Source: a virus (lineage: Duplodnaviria; Caudoviricetes). From it: a stretch of DNA of 50,335 bases. The translations under genes were made by a program, and so were the position numbers. The first letter of the stretch is position 1, and every line of letters starts with the position of its first letter. Under the pieces are notes generated by a model. It worked only from the letters and a program-made list of their open reading frames with translations, had not been told where the DNA came from and made no database searches. Of this stretch, positions 47,490-50,335 are shown piece after piece. The stretch spans positions 1 to 50,335 of the IMG/VR virus record IMGVR_UViG_3300046171_000048, one strand, 5' to 3'.

Positions 47490-47794
47490 TATTCATTATT
47501 AACCCCCAAAGTATCTAATTTTACTTGTGATTGTTTATCAAATGCTTCTGCCACCTCTAAATCTTTTGTATACTTATCCACATATTCTGCTTTAGCTTTT
47601 TGCATTTGTGCCACCTCGTCCATTGTTATATTAGATATTTTATTATTTAAATACTGATTCTTTTCTGCCCAATTATCCAACCTTTCTAAATATAATTGTT
47701 CTCTAATTCTTAACTCTTTTATTTCTTCCCTCGCTTCTCGTAATTCTCTTTTTGCTTTCTTTAATTGTTCTTGTAGTTCACTTGCCGTTGCCAT
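47489..47794 (-). CDS. coiled-coil hypothetical protein
   Basis: 101 aa heptad pattern. Confidence 0.65.
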   Translation of the reverse strand: MATASELQEQLKKAKRELREAREEIKELRIREQLYLERLDNWAEKNQYLNNKISNITMDEVAQMQKAKAEYVDKYTKDLEVAEAFDKQSQVKLDTLGVNNE

Positions 47795-47997
47795 TATTTA
47801 TCCCCTTTTAGTTCATTGATTAGTTTATTTATTTCTCGTTGTCTTTTTGTAAGATTCTTAATTATATCTTTTAAGACTTGCTTATCATTATATATAAAAT
47901 GGGGATGGTCTTTCATCCATTCATTTTTAATAATACTAAACAAATATTTTTCTGTATCTCTTAAATTATACTGTATTAATTTTAGTTTGTCAATCAT
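47794..47997 (-). CDS. hypothetical early protein
   Basis: 67 aa; TAATG overlaps. Confidence 0.6.
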   Translation of the reverse strand: MIDKLKLIQYNLRDTEKYLFSIIKNEWMKDHPHFIYNDKQVLKDIIKNLTKRQREINKLINELKGDK

Positions 47998-48197
47998 TAT
48001 TCTGTCCTTTCTTCAAATAGAACATTCAATAATTCATCAATGATTCTATCTAATTCGTCTACTTGTACATCTAATTTTTTATTGTCTAAGATATTTTGAA
48101 AATCGTGAACTGTCATTGATTCAATCTCATCTATTATATTTTCTTTTAATACTTCATTTGAATATTTAACATATTCTTGTGTCCATTCGTCTTTCAT
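47997..48197 (-). CDS. acidic early protein, tandem paralog A
   Basis: NEVLKENIIDEIESMTVHDFQ...LFEERTE. Confidence 0.65.
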   Translation of the reverse strand: MKDEWTQEYVKYSNEVLKENIIDEIESMTVHDFQNILDNKKLDVQVDELDRIIDELLNVLFEERTE

Positions 48198-48376
48198 TCT
48201 GCCCTTTCTTCAAATAGTATTTCAACCATGTCTTGTATGCCTACATCTAAGTGGTCATTTAATGCTTTAAAGTAATGTTTATCTAGAAGTTCTTGAAACT
48301 CATGCACTGTCATTGATTCAATCTCATCTATTATATCTTCTTTTAATACTTCATTCAATGATTTTATATCTGTCAT
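48194..48376 (-). CDS. acidic early protein, tandem paralog B
   Basis: NEVLKEDIIDEIESMTVHEFQ...LFEERAE. Confidence 0.65.
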   Translation of the reverse strand: MTDIKSLNEVLKEDIIDEIESMTVHEFQELLDKHYFKALNDHLDVGIQDMVEILFEERAE

Positions 48377-48561
48377 AGTGTCCCTTTCACAAATTCTTCT
48401 AGTTCATTAAATAGTTCCCGCCCTCTCTCTGTGTTCCTCGTTCCTTGTGGATTGTCTGGGTCTTCTTCTATATAGTCATTGAGATAACTCGGATGTGTAT
48501 TTTCTATAAATATCCAAAATATTCTATCTGTTATTTTATAGGCTCGTTCATCTTTTGTCAT
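48373..48561 (-). CDS. hypothetical early protein
   Basis: 62 aa; preceded by AGAAAGGACTAACA. Confidence 0.65.
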   Translation of the reverse strand: MTKDERAYKITDRIFWIFIENTHPSYLNDYIEEDPDNPQGTRNTERGRELFNELEEFVKGTL

Positions 48562-48583
48562 TGTTAGTCCTTTCTATACTTCT

Positions 48584-48611
48584 ATTGTATCACATATAAA
48601 TAGTTTGTCAA
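48584..48611 (-). promoter_or_regulatory. sigma70-type early promoter
   Basis: TTGACA-N16-TACAAT with TG extension. Confidence 0.6.
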
Positions 48612-48736
48612 GTGTAAATAAACCCTTGATTCTACTGTATTTTTATTGATAAAACCTCATGTATATAAATATTAATAATACATATGCAATTGGTATAGAT
48701 AGAAATGCAAATATAATTAAATATTCTTTTATATTT

Positions 48737-49003
48737 TTATTCATCCTTTAACTCCCTTACATCTTCTAATATTTGATTCAATGAATATTGTATCTCTTCT
48801 AATCTCTCTCTTTTTGTGCCATTGTTATACTCTTCTACTTGATTCAAAAAGATTCTTATAAAATGTATTAAATCTAAATCTAATAATTTTATATCTATAT
48901 CTTTACTTTTTGAGTAATACTCATATTCATTTTCTAATATATCTATGGGTACTGCCCTTTTTTCTGCTATCGCTTGGATTGTTAGTAAGTCATCTAGTTT
49001 CAT
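48737..49003 (-). CDS. hypothetical early protein
   Basis: 88 aa; repeated RBS. Confidence 0.65.
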   Translation of the reverse strand: MKLDDLLTIQAIAEKRAVPIDILENEYEYYSKSKDIDIKLLDLDLIHFIRIFLNQVEEYNNGTKRERLEEIQYSLNQILEDVRELKDE

Positions 49004-49015
49004 TGTTAGTCCTTT

Positions 49016-49231
49016 CTATTCTATTATTTCTAAAACTTCGTTAATATAAATACTTCCCATTTCATCAAAGAATCCTAATTGACTTGCTTTTAAATCTACA
49101 AGTAATGTTTGTTTGAATCCTCGTCCTTGCCTTGCACTCTCTAAAGATATTGCATGACACCGCCCCAATCCATTATTTACTATAAGCTTAGTTCCTTTTT
49201 TTATTTTTAGTAATGTTTCTTTTGATATCAT
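49016..49231 (-). CDS. hypothetical early protein
   Basis: 71 aa; G.FDEMGSIY motif; repeated RBS. Confidence 0.65.
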   Translation of the reverse strand: MISKETLLKIKKGTKLIVNNGLGRCHAISLESARQGRGFKQTLLVDLKASQLGFFDEMGSIYINEVLEIIE

Positions 49232-49233
49232 TG

Positions 49234-49410
49234 TTAATCCTTTCTTGTTTCCATTATATCATCTTCAAATTCATCTGGCAAGTATTCAAAAGCCTTAACT
49301 CTTATACCTTGTTTGATTTGATATATTTTTGTTGTTCCGTCTTTGTTTAGTTCTTCGTTTCCCTCATCATCTACTTTATAAAAAGTAATATCATTTATTA
49401 AGTATGTCAT
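49234..49410 (-). CDS. 58-aa hypothetical early protein
   Basis: MTYLINDITFYKVDDEGNEELNKDGTTKIYQ...; repeated RBS; not in ORF track. Confidence 0.65.
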   Translation of the reverse strand: MTYLINDITFYKVDDEGNEELNKDGTTKIYQIKQGIRVKAFEYLPDEFEDDIMETRKD

Positions 49411-49452
49411 TGTTAGTCCTTTCTATTATTTAATAATAACATATTATAGTGA

Positions 49453-50164
49453 TTAGTCAAGTACAAATCCGCTATAATCTTTTTTAGCTGTCCCTTTTGC
49501 CAGTAATCCGCATATAACGTAATTAGCGATCTGTAAATCTTAAAGTCTGTTTCATTCAGCATTAATAACTTTATAGCCCTTGTAAGTTTGTGGTAATTTC
49601 AGTTCCTAAATACTGCGGATATATTTCCACCCCTCCACAATATGTCAAATGCTTCCTTGTAGGTTATCCTCATTAAGGACTAAACGTTATATGATAATTG
49701 CTAGGATATTCACCATTGACATATTTTAAAGACCTTTTATATATCTTGGTGTAGTCGTAAAATTGTACATTTGGGAACTCTTCAAATATTCCTGTGGTTT
49801 CCCATGAAATATCACTTGTACCATTTAAACGAATACAAGGTATAAACCCCTTATTACTACAATTTTTTATATGATTAGTTATTTCTCTTTTTAATCGTGC
49901 CATAAAGGTATTACGTTCTTGAATATACCACCTTGTTTTATTGATACGTCCTTGTTTTACACTATTAAACCTACCATGCCCCGCAGTATATAAACAGGCT
50001 TTTTTACAACCTAATGAGGCTTGAGGGCATACATTAAACCCCGATTGTGTACTAGGGGCAAGATATAAAATAGCGGTCTTATAGCCTTTCTTTTGCCCTT
50101 TAATAGTCTTAGCATTGTTATCAATGTTTAATAACTTCTTTGATTTACTAAATTCTAAATACAT
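49453..50164 (-). CDS. phage Gp88-like protein with Cys cluster (C-terminus frameshifted)
   Basis: ILYLAP...SG.NVCP.AS.GC...CL..AG.G, RLNGTSDI.WE, FYDYTK, Y.ITFS; reframed tail D..DLRF.D...GL.AKG.AKKD.SGFV. Confidence 0.75.
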
Positions 50165-50206
50165 TATATGTCCTTTCTTGTATTTGATATATTATTTACT
50201 TCTTTG

Positions 50207-50234
50207 AATATATCAATAACTTTCTTGTTGTCAA
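50207..50234 (-). promoter_or_regulatory. sigma70-type early promoter
   Basis: TTGACA-N16-TATATT. Confidence 0.5.
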
Positions 50235-50335
50235 TACTTTTTAAAAACTTTCTTGACTTCTTGACATATTCTTTTGATAAGTCCTTATCATCATATATAA
50301 AATAGTTTAATAAATCCTCGTGTTTACTTCTGATT

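Larger units (their letters stand above)
48559..49424 (-). repeat. dispersed 17-nt RBS/start repeat AGAAAGGA(C/T)TAACAATG, 4 copies
   Basis: Copies at 48559-48575, 49001-49017, 49229-49245 (1 mismatch), 49408-49424. Confidence 0.85.

Noticed and set aside
1-50335. tRNA genes, integrase/attP, phage RNA polymerase
   Set aside because: No cloverleaf, recombinase catalytic motifs or T7-like RNAP motifs recognised by eye; they could lie outside the window.

Overview
About 50 kb of an AT-rich tailed dsDNA phage, probably most of a podovirus-like marine phage genome. The + strand arm (526-37407) starts with a block of small basic and accessory genes, including an ATE/Bpt-like aminoacyl-tRNA-protein transferase and Hsp20. 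It continues with terS, terL, portal, scaffold, major capsid, adaptor, nozzle, tail fibre, a variable array of tail/receptor-binding modules, a secreted/membrane module, internal virion proteins, a holin-like protein and a lysozyme. The - strand arm (50164-37404) carries small early genes, primase, helicase, an HNH protein, a family A DNA polymerase with an inserted DnaJ-type CxxCxGxG zinc finger, an SSB-like protein and a Cas4-like PD-(D/E)XK nuclease. The DnaJ insert in PolA and the gene order point to the HMO-2011-related group, and the tail-module families and low GC suggest a SAR11-type host (inference). Many essential genes are broken by single-base indels, most likely long-read errors. 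The most notable items are a phage ATE/Bpt-like transferase lacking the usual Cys cluster, two unannotated metallothionein-like micropeptides, a gene fully nested in the portal C-terminus, a promoter motif present three times (one copy apparently driving a non-coding RNA), structured leaders before hsp20 and scaffold, and a repeated 17-nt RBS cassette in the early region. No integrase, RNA polymerase, tRNA or CRISPR array was recognised. All family assignments come from motif recognition, not database searches.
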